Shown here piece after piece: positions 19,936 to 34,339 of a stretch of 64,000 bases of DNA. Below the pieces are notes generated by a model. That model was not told the origin of the DNA, did not search any database, and was given only the letters and a program-made list of their open reading frames with translations. Numbering within the stretch: position 1 is the first letter of the stretch; every line of letters begins with the position of its first letter. The DNA comes from an uncultured Bacillales bacterium (GTDB lineage: Bacteria > Bacillota_I > Bacilli_A > RFN20 > CAG-826). The DNA lies in assembly GCA_946409515.1 (NCBI GenBank), contig CAMJWS010000002.1:188642-252641 (forward strand). The letters run 5' to 3'. The translations under genes and the position numbers were made by a program.

Positions 19936-22809
19936 CTAGAGAGTGATATCACCATCAGTACAATGGATGGTTTTTAAGTTTGGACATTGTGATGAACTAT
20001 ACCAGTTAGATGATTTTTCAATCGCATTCCACATCGCTTTAGTGCCGTTATAGTTAATCGCGGTTAAGACATCATTATGTGAGAAGATAGAGGCCGCTTT
20101 TAAGCTCACTAATGTGGATGGTAAGCTTACGCTTGCTAATGATCCACAATAGTCAAAAGCGTTACCATTAATCTTTGTTACACCTTCAGGGACCACGATG
20201 GCCTCTAATGCATCACAGTGATTGAAAGTCATTGATTGTATTTCAGTAATCTTATTACCTTTGAAGGTAATTGATTTAGCGGCCTTACAGCTGGAGAAAG
20301 CTGATTTACCAAGTGTTTCAACATTTGCGCCCACTACAAAGGATGTTATTTTTTGCGCATCAATGAAAGCAAATTCACCAATACTTGTGACTGAATCAGG
20401 AATCACTAAGGCGCCTGCCATATCTGAATAATAGAAAGCATGGTCGCCAATGGTTTGAAGTCCTTCATTCATGATGACATTAGCGGAGCAATGATAGAAT
20501 GATCTATTCGCAAGGTTAGTGACACCATTTAATGTAATCTTTTCTAACTCATTACAATCAGAGAATTCATATCCTAAGAAAGTACCACCATCGACGGTTA
20601 CATTCTTTAGTGATTTTGGGATGTAGTAATAAGTATAATGACTGGCATCGTATTGTTGATGAGCACCGTAGGTGATGGTATTACCATATGTTGCCTTGGA
20701 GAAGAGCACACCAAATAAGGTATTGAATGATGGTTCTGTGGCATCTTTATCATTACCAACATATGGAATTGTTAAATTGACTAAAGAGTTAGCACCTGCT
20801 AAAGCTTCTTCATTCATATATAAGACTTGATCAGTAATCTCAATTGTGGTCAATGCTGTGCCTTCAAAAGCTTTACTTGAAAGGATGCCACCTGTATCTT
20901 TGAAGGTCTTTAAGGTATTTGGAATATAGTATGTTTCACCACCAGATGTAACAGCGGAAGCACCAGTAAATTCAGTGCTACCAAATAATGTTCCAATATG
21001 ACCATATAATGGAATAGCAAGATTGACTAAAGAAGAACAACCTAAGAAGAGGTCCCAACCAATATTGATTAAATTACCTTCATTGTTATTCGCAGTAAAT
21101 GAAACCATTAAATTCATGTTTGCAAAGGCATTATTACCGATTGATTTAATGCTATCTGGAAGAGTTAATGTCATAACATTATTAGCGCCATTAAAAGCAT
21201 TAGCCGCGATAGCGATAACTGGTTTATTTAAGAGAGTTTCTTCCACTTCTAATTCACCGTTATAGTCTAATTCGACTAAACCAGTAACTGTCCAGCCATT
21301 CTCGCCTTCACTCATGTAGAAGCGGCTCTTTTCATATGTGGCAGTATAAGTGATATTACCATTTACTGGAGAGATTTCCTTATCCCAACCTTTGAAATAG
21401 TAGGTATAGGTTTCATCTGTTGCTCTTGTTGGAGTAGCACCATTGTATTCAGGAGTTGTACCAGGATACATATCAGTATCTGTTTCTAACACTGTGCCAT
21501 CATAGTTTTTCCATGTCACGGTATAGGATGCCTTATCAATTTGGATGAAGAATTCACCACTACTAGTGCGACCACCTGTAGTGAATTTGAAAGTTCCATC
21601 AGGAGAGATGAAAGTATTAAAACTTTCTCTTACAAAGTTTGATTTACTCACTAATTTATCATAATAGAAAGAACGTACATGGTCTTCATAGTCAGCATCG
21701 GTGCTATTTTTTAATCCATTGAAAACGATTTCTATTGTAGTGGCAGAAGAACTCACACTATAGGATGTAATTGCAGCATCTCTATAAGCCGGAATATCAA
21801 ATGGAGTTAAACCAAGAGTCGTAAAGCCACTAGCGATTTGTTCACTTGGCCATTGAGCGTATGTAGAAGGTAATAAAGTACCGAGATTTACTCTATATTC
21901 ATAGCAGTTCCAATCATCCATTGGTCCTACGACATAGTTAGTCATCTCATCTGAATAAAATCTACCTGTTTTAGTAGCAGGTGTCGTTGATCCATTAGCG
22001 TAGACATCAACATTTTGCAGAATAGTTGAATTGCCTTGTCCTTGATATTTGATATTTGCGTCTTCCTTAACAAAAACATAAACTTTAGCCACTACAGCTT
22101 TTCCTTGTAAGGAAGCAGGTATGCTATACCAATAATCATCATTAACTGTTCCAAAAGGAATGGCTGTACCGCCAATTTCATATTCAACTAGCAAGAAGAC
22201 TAACGAATTATCATCATTTTTGAAACTATATGTGAAATCGTTGGCTCTGAATTTAAGTCGATCATCAACGTGGAGATTAGGAAGTGTGATATTCATTTGA
22301 TAATCACGACCATTTTTTGCACCACAATGTGAACAGACATACTCTAATGTATCTGGATTCTTAACGTAGTTATGGTATTCATCAGAGGCAGGAATTGTTT
22401 TATGTGTTCTAGATATTTCTTGATGACAAGATGTGCAGTAGATAACTTCATCATAGCTACCGGCTTGTTGACATGTTGCGGCAACAACATTTTCTTGTAC
22501 GGCAGTTCCTGGAGTATGTGTGTGAGTACTAGAACTACTACTAGAAGAACTACTAGATGGTTTACTGCTAGAACTACTAGAAGATGGTTTGCTGCTTGTA
22601 TTTGAAGTACTGCTAGAAGATGGTTGACTACTTGGGTTAGTACTTGTGTTTGATGTTGATTGTTTAGAACCTCCGCCACTAGTGGATGCTATTGATGGAG
22701 TAGCACTACTATTGGATGGTCTTGGTTCTACAGTTGTTTGAGTGCCACAAGCACAAACAGAAAGTAAAACCGCTATAGCAACTGCAAATAATGATTTTCT
22801 TTTTTGCAT
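19936..22809 (-). CDS. Large mosaic BspA-type LRR surface lipoprotein
   Basis: VCAC lipobox, Ser tract, HTH..ATC..CxxC module, B-repeat-like YTVTWKNYDG...FKGWD...YTATY, C-terminal LRRs. Confidence 0.88.
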   Translation of the reverse strand: MQKRKSLFAVAIAVLLSVCACGTQTTVEPRPSNSSATPSIASTSGGGSKQSTSNTSTNPSSQPSSSSTSNTSSKPSSSSSSSKPSSSSSSSSSSTHTHTPGTAVQENVVAATCQQAGSYDEVIYCTSCHQEISRTHKTIPASDEYHNYVKNPDTLEYVCSHCGAKNGRDYQMNITLPNLHVDDRLKFRANDFTYSFKNDDNSLVFLLVEYEIGGTAIPFGTVNDDYWYSIPASLQGKAVVAKVYVFVKEDANIKYQGQGNSTILQNVDVYANGSTTPATKTGRFYSDEMTNYVVGPMDDWNCYEYRVNLGTLLPSTYAQWPSEQIASGFTTLGLTPFDIPAYRDAAITSYSVSSSATTIEIVFNGLKNSTDADYEDHVRSFYYDKLVSKSNFVRESFNTFISPDGTFKFTTGGRTSSGEFFIQIDKASYTVTWKNYDGTVLETDTDMYPGTTPEYNGATPTRATDETYTYYFKGWDKEISPVNGNITYTATYEKSRFYMSEGENGWTVTGLVELDYNGELEVEETLLNKPVIAIAANAFNGANNVMTLTLPDSIKSIGNNAFANMNLMVSFTANNNEGNLINIGWDLFLGCSSLVNLAIPLYGHIGTLFGSTEFTGASAVTSGGETYYIPNTLKTFKDTGGILSSKAFEGTALTTIEITDQVLYMNEEALAGANSLVNLTIPYVGNDKDATEPSFNTLFGVLFSKATYGNTITYGAHQQYDASHYTYYYIPKSLKNVTVDGGTFLGYEFSDCNELEKITLNGVTNLANRSFYHCSANVIMNEGLQTIGDHAFYYSDMAGALVIPDSVTSIGEFAFIDAQKITSFVVGANVETLGKSAFSSCKAAKSITFKGNKITEIQSMTFNHCDALEAIVVPEGVTKINGNAFDYCGSLASVSLPSTLVSLKAASIFSHNDVLTAINYNGTKAMWNAIEKSSNWYSSSQCPNLKTIHCTDGDITL

Positions 22810-22887
22810 TGTGATAATCTCCTTTTATTTCCATTTTTTAATATAAAACTTAATTATTTATTTTTTAATAAATTGGGAACACGTTAA

Positions 22888-23056
22888 GACAAATATTTGA
22901 AATATAAGTACATTTTTATGCAAAAAGAGTTAAATAGAACTAACGAATTTGATTATTAGACACGAATTATCACAAGTTTACAAAACTAAAAATGTGTTTC
23001 TCTTTTATGTGCTTAAACAACGTTTATCGTTGCATTAATGGACAAATATTTGAAAT
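22888..23056. repeat. Two exact copies of GACAAATATTTGAAAT
   Basis: Copies at 22888-22903 and 23041-23056, each containing the palindrome CAAATATTTG. Confidence 0.8.
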
Positions 23057-23065
23057 GATATTTAT

Positions 23066-23935
23066 ATGAGTGTCAGAACAGCGCACGCGAAAGATGTTAA
23101 CGAATTAGGGAAATATGATTTCATATATTCCTTAAGTTACTTCTCTATCGCTGAAAACGTTATAGAAAATAAAACTCTGGTATTAAAGGAATTTAAGCAT
23201 ACCCACGAGGAATATGAATTCCTTATTCCTTTAACCACGATTCCTTTACTTTATTACCATAAGGCCAATTATATTGGGGAAGTGGGTTTTATCTATCCTG
23301 TTAATCCATATGTGGAACATGGTTTAGAAGTAGATTTACATTCTAGAGTTATTTCTATTACTATCTCACAAGCATATGTTGAGAAGATTAAAGAACAACT
23401 TGGTTATACTGGTCACTTCTTTTATACAAGATTCATGTATAAGAGTGCTTTCTTAGATGTCATTAAAGCTTATGAAGAAGAATATGTAAGAAACCCTAAT
23501 TCTAAGAGACTTGATGAATTAGCTATGGAGATCACCACTACTTTGGTGAAGCTTGGTTTAGAAAGCGGCGAAGATAATAGAAGACCTGAAAAGAGATACG
23601 CTAAACATATGAAACAGATTCTTCTTTACATTGAAGAAAACTATAAAAATCCAGAACTAAATATCGCTAAGATTGCGGAATATTCTGGCTATTCATTAGC
23701 GTACTTTACTAAAGCCTTTAAAAAATATATGCATGATACACCAATCATGCACCTTAATAAACGAAGAATAAGTGATGCGAAAGCATTATTGAAAGATAAG
23801 AATCTCCAATTAATGGATATCGCCACTGCTGTGGGCTATAAGAATTTATCAACATTCACTGAAGCATTTAAAAGATGTATGGGATTACTCCCAAGTGAAT
23901 ATCGTAATAAATACATTCAAGATAAGAAAAACTAG
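23066..23935 (+). CDS. AraC-family transcriptional regulator
   Basis: Cupin-like HTHEEYE N-terminus; C-terminal IAEYSGYSLAYFTKAFK...IATAVGYKNLSTFTEAFKRCMGLLPSEYR. Confidence 0.93.
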   Translation: MSVRTAHAKDVNELGKYDFIYSLSYFSIAENVIENKTLVLKEFKHTHEEYEFLIPLTTIPLLYYHKANYIGEVGFIYPVNPYVEHGLEVDLHSRVISITISQAYVEKIKEQLGYTGHFFYTRFMYKSAFLDVIKAYEEEYVRNPNSKRLDELAMEITTTLVKLGLESGEDNRRPEKRYAKHMKQILLYIEENYKNPELNIAKIAEYSGYSLAYFTKAFKKYMHDTPIMHLNKRRISDAKALLKDKNLQLMDIATAVGYKNLSTFTEAFKRCMGLLPSEYRNKYIQDKKN

Positions 23936-23956
23936 TTATTTGACTAGTTCTTTTTA

Positions 23957-24472
23957 TTAGTCATATAAGACTTCATAATCTGGTAAGGCTTTCCATTCAT
24001 CTGATGCTTGAACGGTATCAATGATTAGATAGACAAGTTCTACGAACTTCTTACCTTTACTTGATAAGGTTTTTTCATCTGCCCCTACACCGATTGGGAA
24101 GTCTTTGACTTCGATTATCTTATCATCGATGGCTAGGTAATAATCAATGTTAGGATTACTTGCAATGTGATGTTTTGTGGCAAATGGATCAAAATTTCTC
24201 GCGTAGGAATAAGGATTCATTTTTTTAACTTTGTTATATATTTCTTCTAGATTTGGTAATTGGTAGGTTGTGATATATTCTTCAGGCTTTCTTTCTCTGA
24301 CTTTATTAGTTTTAACTACTTTGCCAGTCTTACTATCATAAGAAGAATCAAGTTGAACACCCCAGTTTAATCTAAAAGAAAACTCTTCGTATGGAGTGTC
24401 ATATGGTTTAGCTGAATCGCAACTAGTTAACGCGATAGCAATTAATGGTAAGAATAATAAAGACTTTTTCAT
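23957..24472 (-). CDS. Hypothetical lipoprotein
   Basis: MKKSLLFLPLIAIALTSC lipobox. Confidence 0.8.
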   Translation of the reverse strand: MKKSLLFLPLIAIALTSCDSAKPYDTPYEEFSFRLNWGVQLDSSYDSKTGKVVKTNKVRERKPEEYITTYQLPNLEEIYNKVKKMNPYSYARNFDPFATKHHIASNPNIDYYLAIDDKIIEVKDFPIGVGADEKTLSSKGKKFVELVYLIIDTVQASDEWKALPDYEVLYD

Positions 24473-24518
24473 AGATATTGGCCCTCACTAATTTAGACGA
24501 ATTAGTAAGAGAAAACTG

Positions 24519-25403
24519 CTAATCGTTTTCTGTAGCCGCTTTAATGTGGTCAATAAAAGCTTCATCTAATAAGGATAAAGGTTTGTTCTTAAGCCAGACG
24601 AAGAGATATTCGACATATCTTTCTGGGTTAACAATCTCTTTAGCCACGAGTTGTTCGTTTAAGATATATGAGGTTTTTGGGAATAAAGAAATACCAATAT
24701 TACGTCCCGCGAGAGCGGCAACATCTAAGTAGTTATCCATACGGCAAACAATATGCGGCTCAGCGTGTATTTCTTTAAACCACTTTGTAATCATTCTATT
24801 CATTGATTCTCTAGATGGGATAATTAATGGTTTATCTTTTAACATTGATAAATCAATTGTGTTTCCAGGAAGGGCGGCTAATGGGTTATCTTTGCTCATA
24901 AAAGCAGTCATCTTTTCTTGTCCTACTTTAAAGCTGTTTAATAATGTGTTATCACATGGAGAAGTAATGACCGCCATATCGATAAGACCACTTCTAAGTT
25001 TAGCGATTAATTCATCACTATTACCATCCACGACTGAGAACTCCACATTCTTATAGTTATCGAGGAATGTTTCAATCCATTCCGCAGCAATAATAGGAGC
25101 GGAACCTTCCACTAAACCGATAGCGATTTTACCACGCATACCCTTATTCATTGCTCTTATTTCTTCACTAGTTTTATTAACTAAAGATAAGATCTCTTTA
25201 GCGTGTCTATATAATAGTTTTCCAGATTCTGTTAATTGAAGGTGTCTTTTACCTCTAATAAATAATGTTGTATCAAGTTCTTCTTCTAAGGCTTTCATTT
25301 GACTGCTTAAAGGAGGTTGACTCATACACAATTTTTCAGCGGCTTTAGTGATGTTTAGTTCTTCGGCGATAACGACGAAATAAGATAAAGTACGGACATC
25401 CAT
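24519..25403 (-). CDS. LysR-family transcriptional regulator
   Basis: MDVRTLSYFVVIAEELNITKAAEKLCMSQPPLSSQMKALEEEL HTH; divergent from purA. Confidence 0.95.
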   Translation of the reverse strand: MDVRTLSYFVVIAEELNITKAAEKLCMSQPPLSSQMKALEEELDTTLFIRGKRHLQLTESGKLLYRHAKEILSLVNKTSEEIRAMNKGMRGKIAIGLVEGSAPIIAAEWIETFLDNYKNVEFSVVDGNSDELIAKLRSGLIDMAVITSPCDNTLLNSFKVGQEKMTAFMSKDNPLAALPGNTIDLSMLKDKPLIIPSRESMNRMITKWFKEIHAEPHIVCRMDNYLDVAALAGRNIGISLFPKTSYILNEQLVAKEIVNPERYVEYLFVWLKNKPLSLLDEAFIDHIKAATEND

Positions 25404-25418
25404 AACAATATTTCCCCT

Positions 25419-25439
25419 ATCATACATAAAACGTATGAT
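25419..25439. promoter_or_regulatory. LysR-type operator palindrome, copy 1
   Basis: ATCATAC-ATAAAAC-GTATGAT (T-N11-A core); -10 TAAAAT at 25483-25488. Confidence 0.8.
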
Positions 25440-25583
25440 TACTCTAATATTATACGTATTGGTTTTTAAATAAACAAACAATTAAAATTGCGGTGTTAGT
25501 TGAATGTATCGGTTATACCGAAAGCGATTAAGCAATTGGATGTTTAATTGTTTCTGAAACATTCAAAAGGAAAAGAAATACAT

Positions 25584-26858
25584 ATGAAAAATAGCGCAAT
25601 TGTGGGCATTAACTGGGGCGATGAAGGTAAGGGTCGTATTGTCGACTTATTATGTGGCTCCTATGATTTTGTGGTTCGTTATCAAGGTGGCGGTAATGCT
25701 GGTCATACAGTTGTTATCGAGCAAGGTAAGTTTGCTTTACACCTCATTCCTTCTGGTATTTTCCATAAGGGTGTAATCAATATCTTAGGTAACGGTGTCG
25801 CTGTTGATCCAGAAAGCTTATATGAAGAAATTGAGATGTTACGAAATAGAGGCATTGATGTTGGTCCGCATAATCTAAAGATTAGTGATCGAGCTTCTAT
25901 TCTTTTTCCATGGCATAAAATGCTTGATGCCTTAGAAGAAGAAAGACTTAAAGATAAAAAATATGGTTCCACCAAACAAGGTATTGCTCCTTTCTATAGT
26001 GATAAATATCAAAAGAAGACTGTTTTATTAGGAGAACTTCTTTATAACAAGAATTTAAAAGAACATGTTAAAGATATCCTTGAATGGAAGAACTTAACAT
26101 TAAGCGGTGTTTATAAAGTGGAGCCTCTTACTTTTGAATTTATATCTAAATGGATTGAAGAATATAAAGAGAAATTAGCTCCTTATATCTGTGATACCGG
26201 TAAACTTCTTAAACAAGCTGAAAAAGAAGGTAAGAGTGTTTTATTTGAAGCACAACTTGGTTCATTACGTGACTTAGATTATGGTATCTATCCATACACT
26301 ACTTCCTCTAATACCTTAGCCTCATATATTCCTTTAGGTTCTGGTTTAGCAAGTGTCAAGATTGATGAAATCATCGGTATTGTTAAAGCCTATAGCACTT
26401 GTGTTGGTGAAGGACCGTTTGTTAGTGAATGGTTTGGTCCTGATGCTGAAAAACTTAGAGAAGTTGGTATGGAATATGGTGCGAAGACTGGTCGACCAAG
26501 AAGAGTGGGCCCTATTGATATTGTCGCTACGCGTTATGGTGTGGAAGTACAAAACGCTACTTGTATCGCTTTAACTAAGTTAGATTGCTTGTCCTATATG
26601 GATAAGATTCCTGTTTGTGTTAGATATGAACTTAATGGTAAAGAGATTGATGATTTCCCATTCCCATCACTACTAGATGAATGTAAACCAGTGATTGATT
26701 ATCTTCCTGGTTGGAAAGTTGACGTTTCTAATGTTAGAAAATGGGAAGACTTACCAATAGAAGCAAGAAGATATATTGAATATATTGAAAAAGCCATAGG
26801 CTGTCCGATTAAATATATCTCAGTTGGGCAAGAAAGAAATGCCTATATTAAGAGGTAA
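25584..26858 (+). CDS. purA: Adenylosuccinate synthetase
   Basis: WGDEGKG, QGGGNAGHT, EYGAKTGRPRR, TKLD. Confidence 0.97.
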   Translation: MKNSAIVGINWGDEGKGRIVDLLCGSYDFVVRYQGGGNAGHTVVIEQGKFALHLIPSGIFHKGVINILGNGVAVDPESLYEEIEMLRNRGIDVGPHNLKISDRASILFPWHKMLDALEEERLKDKKYGSTKQGIAPFYSDKYQKKTVLLGELLYNKNLKEHVKDILEWKNLTLSGVYKVEPLTFEFISKWIEEYKEKLAPYICDTGKLLKQAEKEGKSVLFEAQLGSLRDLDYGIYPYTTSSNTLASYIPLGSGLASVKIDEIIGIVKAYSTCVGEGPFVSEWFGPDAEKLREVGMEYGAKTGRPRRVGPIDIVATRYGVEVQNATCIALTKLDCLSYMDKIPVCVRYELNGKEIDDFPFPSLLDECKPVIDYLPGWKVDVSNVRKWEDLPIEARRYIEYIEKAIGCPIKYISVGQERNAYIKR

Positions 26859-26862
26859 TATT

Positions 26863-28299
26863 ATGCAAAATTACGATAAATATGTTTCACCATTTTCTGA
26901 AAGATATGCCTCAAAAGAGATGCAATACCTTTTCTCATACAATAAGAAGTTCTCCACTTGGAGGAAGCTTTGGCTCGCTTTAGCGGAATCTGAAAAAGAA
27001 TTAGGTTTATCACAAATCACTGATGAGATGATTAAAGAGATGAAAGAACATATATACGATATTAACTATGATGTCGCAAATGATTATGAACTTAAGTTCC
27101 GTCATGATGTGATGGCTCATATCCATGCTTATGGGGAAGAGTGCCCTACTGCGAAAGGCATTATCCATTTAGGCTCCACTAGTTGTTATGTTGGTGATAA
27201 CACTGACATTATCGTTATGAAAGAAGCTTTAGAACTTGTTAAGAAGAAACTAGTTAACGTGATTGATATCTTGGCTAAGTTCGCGAATGAATATAAAGAC
27301 TTACCATGTTTAGGGTATACACACTTTCAAGCTGCTCAACCAACCACTGTTGGTAAAAGAGCCACGTTGTGGTTACAAGACTTCTTAAGTGACTATGACG
27401 ATTTAGAATATGTCTTAGCATCTCTTAAGTTATTAGGTAGTAAGGGCACTACTGGTACACAAGCATCTTTTGTTGAATTATTTAACGATAAAGATGCTCC
27501 TAGTAAGTTAGATAACCTTATCGCTAAGAAGATGGGCTTTGATGGTGTTTATCCTGTTTCTGGACAAACATATTCTAGAAAAGTTGATTGCAGAGTTTAT
27601 AACATCTTGACAGGCATAGCCACTAGTGCGACTAAGATGACTAATGATATTCGTTTATTGCAACACGAAAAAGAAATAGAAGAACCATTTGAATCTAACC
27701 AAGTTGGTAGTTCAGCGATGCCTTATAAGCGTAATCCAATGAGAAGTGAAAGAATTGCATCCTTAGCAAGATATGTCATTTCTAACTCTATGAATCCATA
27801 TATGACAGCCTCTAGTCAATGGCTAGAAAGAACATTAGATGATTCAGCAAATAGAAGAATCACGATTGCGGAAGGTTTCTTAGCCATTGATGGTGTCTTA
27901 GATTTGTGTATTAACGTCACTAATGGCTTAATCGTTAACGAAAAGGTCATCGAAAAGAACTTAAAAGAAGAATTACCTTTTATGATTACAGAAAATATCC
28001 TTATGGATAAAGTCAAAGAAGGTAAGGATAGACAAGAACTTCATGAAGAGATTAGAAGATTATCTATTCAAGCGGGTAATCGCGTGAAAAAAGAAGGTTT
28101 ACCAAATGACTTATTTGATAGACTTTGTGCTTCAGAAAAACTTCATATTTCCAAAGAAGAAAAAGAAGCATATTTTGATGCCCATAAATATACAGGCAGA
28201 GCTAGTGAACAAGTCACCGACTTCTTAACTAATGATGTGAATCCTGTTCTTAAAAAGAACAAAGACTTACTTGGTATTAAAGTAACCATCAATAAATAG
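26863..28299 (+). CDS. purB: Adenylosuccinate lyase
   Basis: [28 protein letters not shown]. Confidence 0.97.
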   Translation: MQNYDKYVSPFSERYASKEMQYLFSYNKKFSTWRKLWLALAESEKELGLSQITDEMIKEMKEHIYDINYDVANDYELKFRHDVMAHIHAYGEECPTAKGIIHLGSTSCYVGDNTDIIVMKEALELVKKKLVNVIDILAKFANEYKDLPCLGYTHFQAAQPTTVGKRATLWLQDFLSDYDDLEYVLASLKLLGSKGTTGTQASFVELFNDKDAPSKLDNLIAKKMGFDGVYPVSGQTYSRKVDCRVYNILTGIATSATKMTNDIRLLQHEKEIEEPFESNQVGSSAMPYKRNPMRSERIASLARYVISNSMNPYMTASSQWLERTLDDSANRRITIAEGFLAIDGVLDLCINVTNGLIVNEKVIEKNLKEELPFMITENILMDKVKEGKDRQELHEEIRRLSIQAGNRVKKEGLPNDLFDRLCASEKLHISKEEKEAYFDAHKYTGRASEQVTDFLTNDVNPVLKKNKDLLGIKVTINK

Positions 28300-28307
28300 G
28301 AGTTAAT

Positions 28308-32106
<3,799 letters not shown>

Positions 32107-33333
32107 TTAATCTATTCTGCTTTTTATTAACTTTGGAAGTCTACTTGCTTCACTTTTATTTATAGCGCACAAGGCAATACGAAGCGCACTATGGGTGCAG
32201 ATGGCATACACTCCATCTTTATGTAGTTCATTCATTAATCTTTCAGGATCTTTACTAGGAACACAGATGAAGAAGCCTTTTTCATAAGGTAATGTTTCTA
32301 ACCCCACTTCTTTAGCGGCTTCTAAGAACGCGATACTTCTTGCTTCTAGCATTGCGCAGACTGTTTTGATTTCTTCTTCATATGAAGAGATATATTCTTC
32401 ATTAAGCACTAGTTTTTCAATAATACTCATTCCTAGGGTAGAGGCACTTGACCACTTCGCTCGGCATGAAAAGCTACTAACTCTTTTAAAATCTTTGATT
32501 TCTTCTTCATCTTTAGATAAAGCGCATAACGCCCCGATTCTAAGACCATATAATCCAAATGATTTGGAACCAGAGAAGACAAATAACGCTAATGCGTTGT
32601 TTGGGATATCTTTAAACCTAGCGTATCTCTTCTTAATGATATTTGGATCAACGTTATAAAAATCAAAGTAAGCAACATCCATTAAATAGATGAAGTTAGT
32701 ATTAGGATTATTTCTTGCGATATTAATGAGTTTATCATAATCCTTTTCCTTCATGCAGAAACCTGTTGGGTTTTCACATGGGTCATTGATTAAGATTAGT
32801 ATCTTATTCTGGGTATGTTTGAGATTAGTGACTTTATGATTTAAGTCATCAATATCAAAATTACCATCTTTGTCAAAGAGGGAATAAGTCGCACTGTTGA
32901 AGCCCATTTCCACTCCATATGAGAGATAGTTCTCCCACATATGGTTTGGTAATAAGACTGTTTCGCCTTTATCAACATAGTTAGTAAAAGTTAAGTTAAG
33001 CGCGCCACTACCACCTGGGGTGGCTAAACAATCTATAAAAACTTTTTCCTTAACTTCTTCTAAGTATTTGCCAAAGATTGATAAAAGCACTGCTTCAGCA
33101 TATTTAGGAGTACCTGTGGAATTAACATAGGCAAACTTCTCATTAACGTTTAAGTCTTTGATAACAGATTCAACACTTTTGAACTCATACAAAGAACCAT
33201 CCTCATTCTTGAGCATGCCTGTTGTAGCGTTAATAACACTACTATCAAGCTTCTTGGCTTTGACAGCTTCTGAGGCTAAAGCAAGAATATTATTCTTAAG
33301 TTCTTTATGTTCTGCGCTTTTATTGATAAACAT
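32107..33333 (-). CDS. Class I/II PLP aminotransferase (aspartate aminotransferase-like)
   Basis: INATTG, TPGGSGAL, NDPCENPTG, DVAY, SGSKSFGLYGLRIG. Confidence 0.9.
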   Translation of the reverse strand: MFINKSAEHKELKNNILALASEAVKAKKLDSSVINATTGMLKNEDGSLYEFKSVESVIKDLNVNEKFAYVNSTGTPKYAEAVLLSIFGKYLEEVKEKVFIDCLATPGGSGALNLTFTNYVDKGETVLLPNHMWENYLSYGVEMGFNSATYSLFDKDGNFDIDDLNHKVTNLKHTQNKILILINDPCENPTGFCMKEKDYDKLINIARNNPNTNFIYLMDVAYFDFYNVDPNIIKKRYARFKDIPNNALALFVFSGSKSFGLYGLRIGALCALSKDEEEIKDFKRVSSFSCRAKWSSASTLGMSIIEKLVLNEEYISSYEEEIKTVCAMLEARSIAFLEAAKEVGLETLPYEKGFFICVPSKDPERLMNELHKDGVYAICTHSALRIALCAINKSEASRLPKLIKSRID

Positions 33334-33388
33334 AGCTCAATAATAGCGACATAGTTAAAACATATAAAATACTTATATTGTTAGGGTT

Positions 33389-33409
33389 ATCATACGTTTT
33401 AAATATGAT
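33389..33409. promoter_or_regulatory. LysR-type operator palindrome, copy 2
   Basis: ATCATAC-GTTTTAA-ATATGAT, 19/21 identical to the reverse complement of copy 1. Confidence 0.78.
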
Positions 33410-33416
33410 ACTTTTA

Positions 33417-34283
33417 TCAAAAGCGACGACTTTTATTACTATAGAATTCGGTTCTAGTACCTTTTTGCATATTGCAGCGATGACAAAGTGTTTGCAAATT
33501 ATCATATGTTGTTTTGCCACCCTTAGCGATAGGCACTATATGGTCTATTTCAAGATCGCCCGTTCTTCTACCACACTTTCTGCAACGATTGCCATCTCTT
33601 TCGTATATGGCAAACCTTAATCTATTACTAACTTTGCCTCTTTCGACACGACATATTGCATCCCAAATTCCAGTGTCGTTATAAAAATCACCACTTTTGT
33701 TGTTGATTCTTTGTATTAGTTTCATTACATCAGGTGAATAATAAGTTTGGCATTTGCTGTCTCGATGCACTCCATTAATTTTTGTTAATTCCAAGCAAAC
33801 GTAGATTGAAAAAGCAGTTATAGGTTGCTTTGTTTTTTGCTTAAACATTCTCGCCTCTGTCCTAAGTAGTTTCTTTTCATTTGAAAGCAATTCATCCGTA
33901 TCAAATGTTCCAAGTATGCACTTTTCAGCGATTTCTTCCTTGTACTTTTCGTGTAATTCTTTATTTGCTTGAGCGGCTTTAATTGATTTTATTACTTCTT
34001 TTTGAGCATGAGCCAATTGGTATATCAAGTAATCTCTGGTTGATATGGTGTCAAAAAAATTCTCGTTATCGTATGAATGTCTTAAGTCAAACAACTTAAC
34101 AGCGTTAAAACGATAAGCGGCATTAATTTCATCAAGCTGTTTGAGCGATTCGCTATGTTCAATAACAAACTTTCTGTACTTAGCATTTAGAGAGTTGATT
34201 AAAACAGAGAATGCTACTATACCAGCAACAACATGCAAAAGTAATATCAAGAGAATTAGGGTACGAATTTGTTCGGCTGTCAT
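33417..34283 (-). CDS. Membrane-anchored HNH endonuclease
   Basis: N-terminal TM helix; C-terminal RDGNRCRKCG..LEIDHIVPIAKGG..NLQTLCHRCN. Confidence 0.9.
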   Translation of the reverse strand: MTAEQIRTLILLILLLHVVAGIVAFSVLINSLNAKYRKFVIEHSESLKQLDEINAAYRFNAVKLFDLRHSYDNENFFDTISTRDYLIYQLAHAQKEVIKSIKAAQANKELHEKYKEEIAEKCILGTFDTDELLSNEKKLLRTEARMFKQKTKQPITAFSIYVCLELTKINGVHRDSKCQTYYSPDVMKLIQRINNKSGDFYNDTGIWDAICRVERGKVSNRLRFAIYERDGNRCRKCGRRTGDLEIDHIVPIAKGGKTTYDNLQTLCHRCNMQKGTRTEFYSNKSRRF

Positions 34284-34339
34284 ACTCTATTTAGAAGTTT
34301 TAATTGATGGGTTATCATAGAAACGATCTTTTTCTTGTC

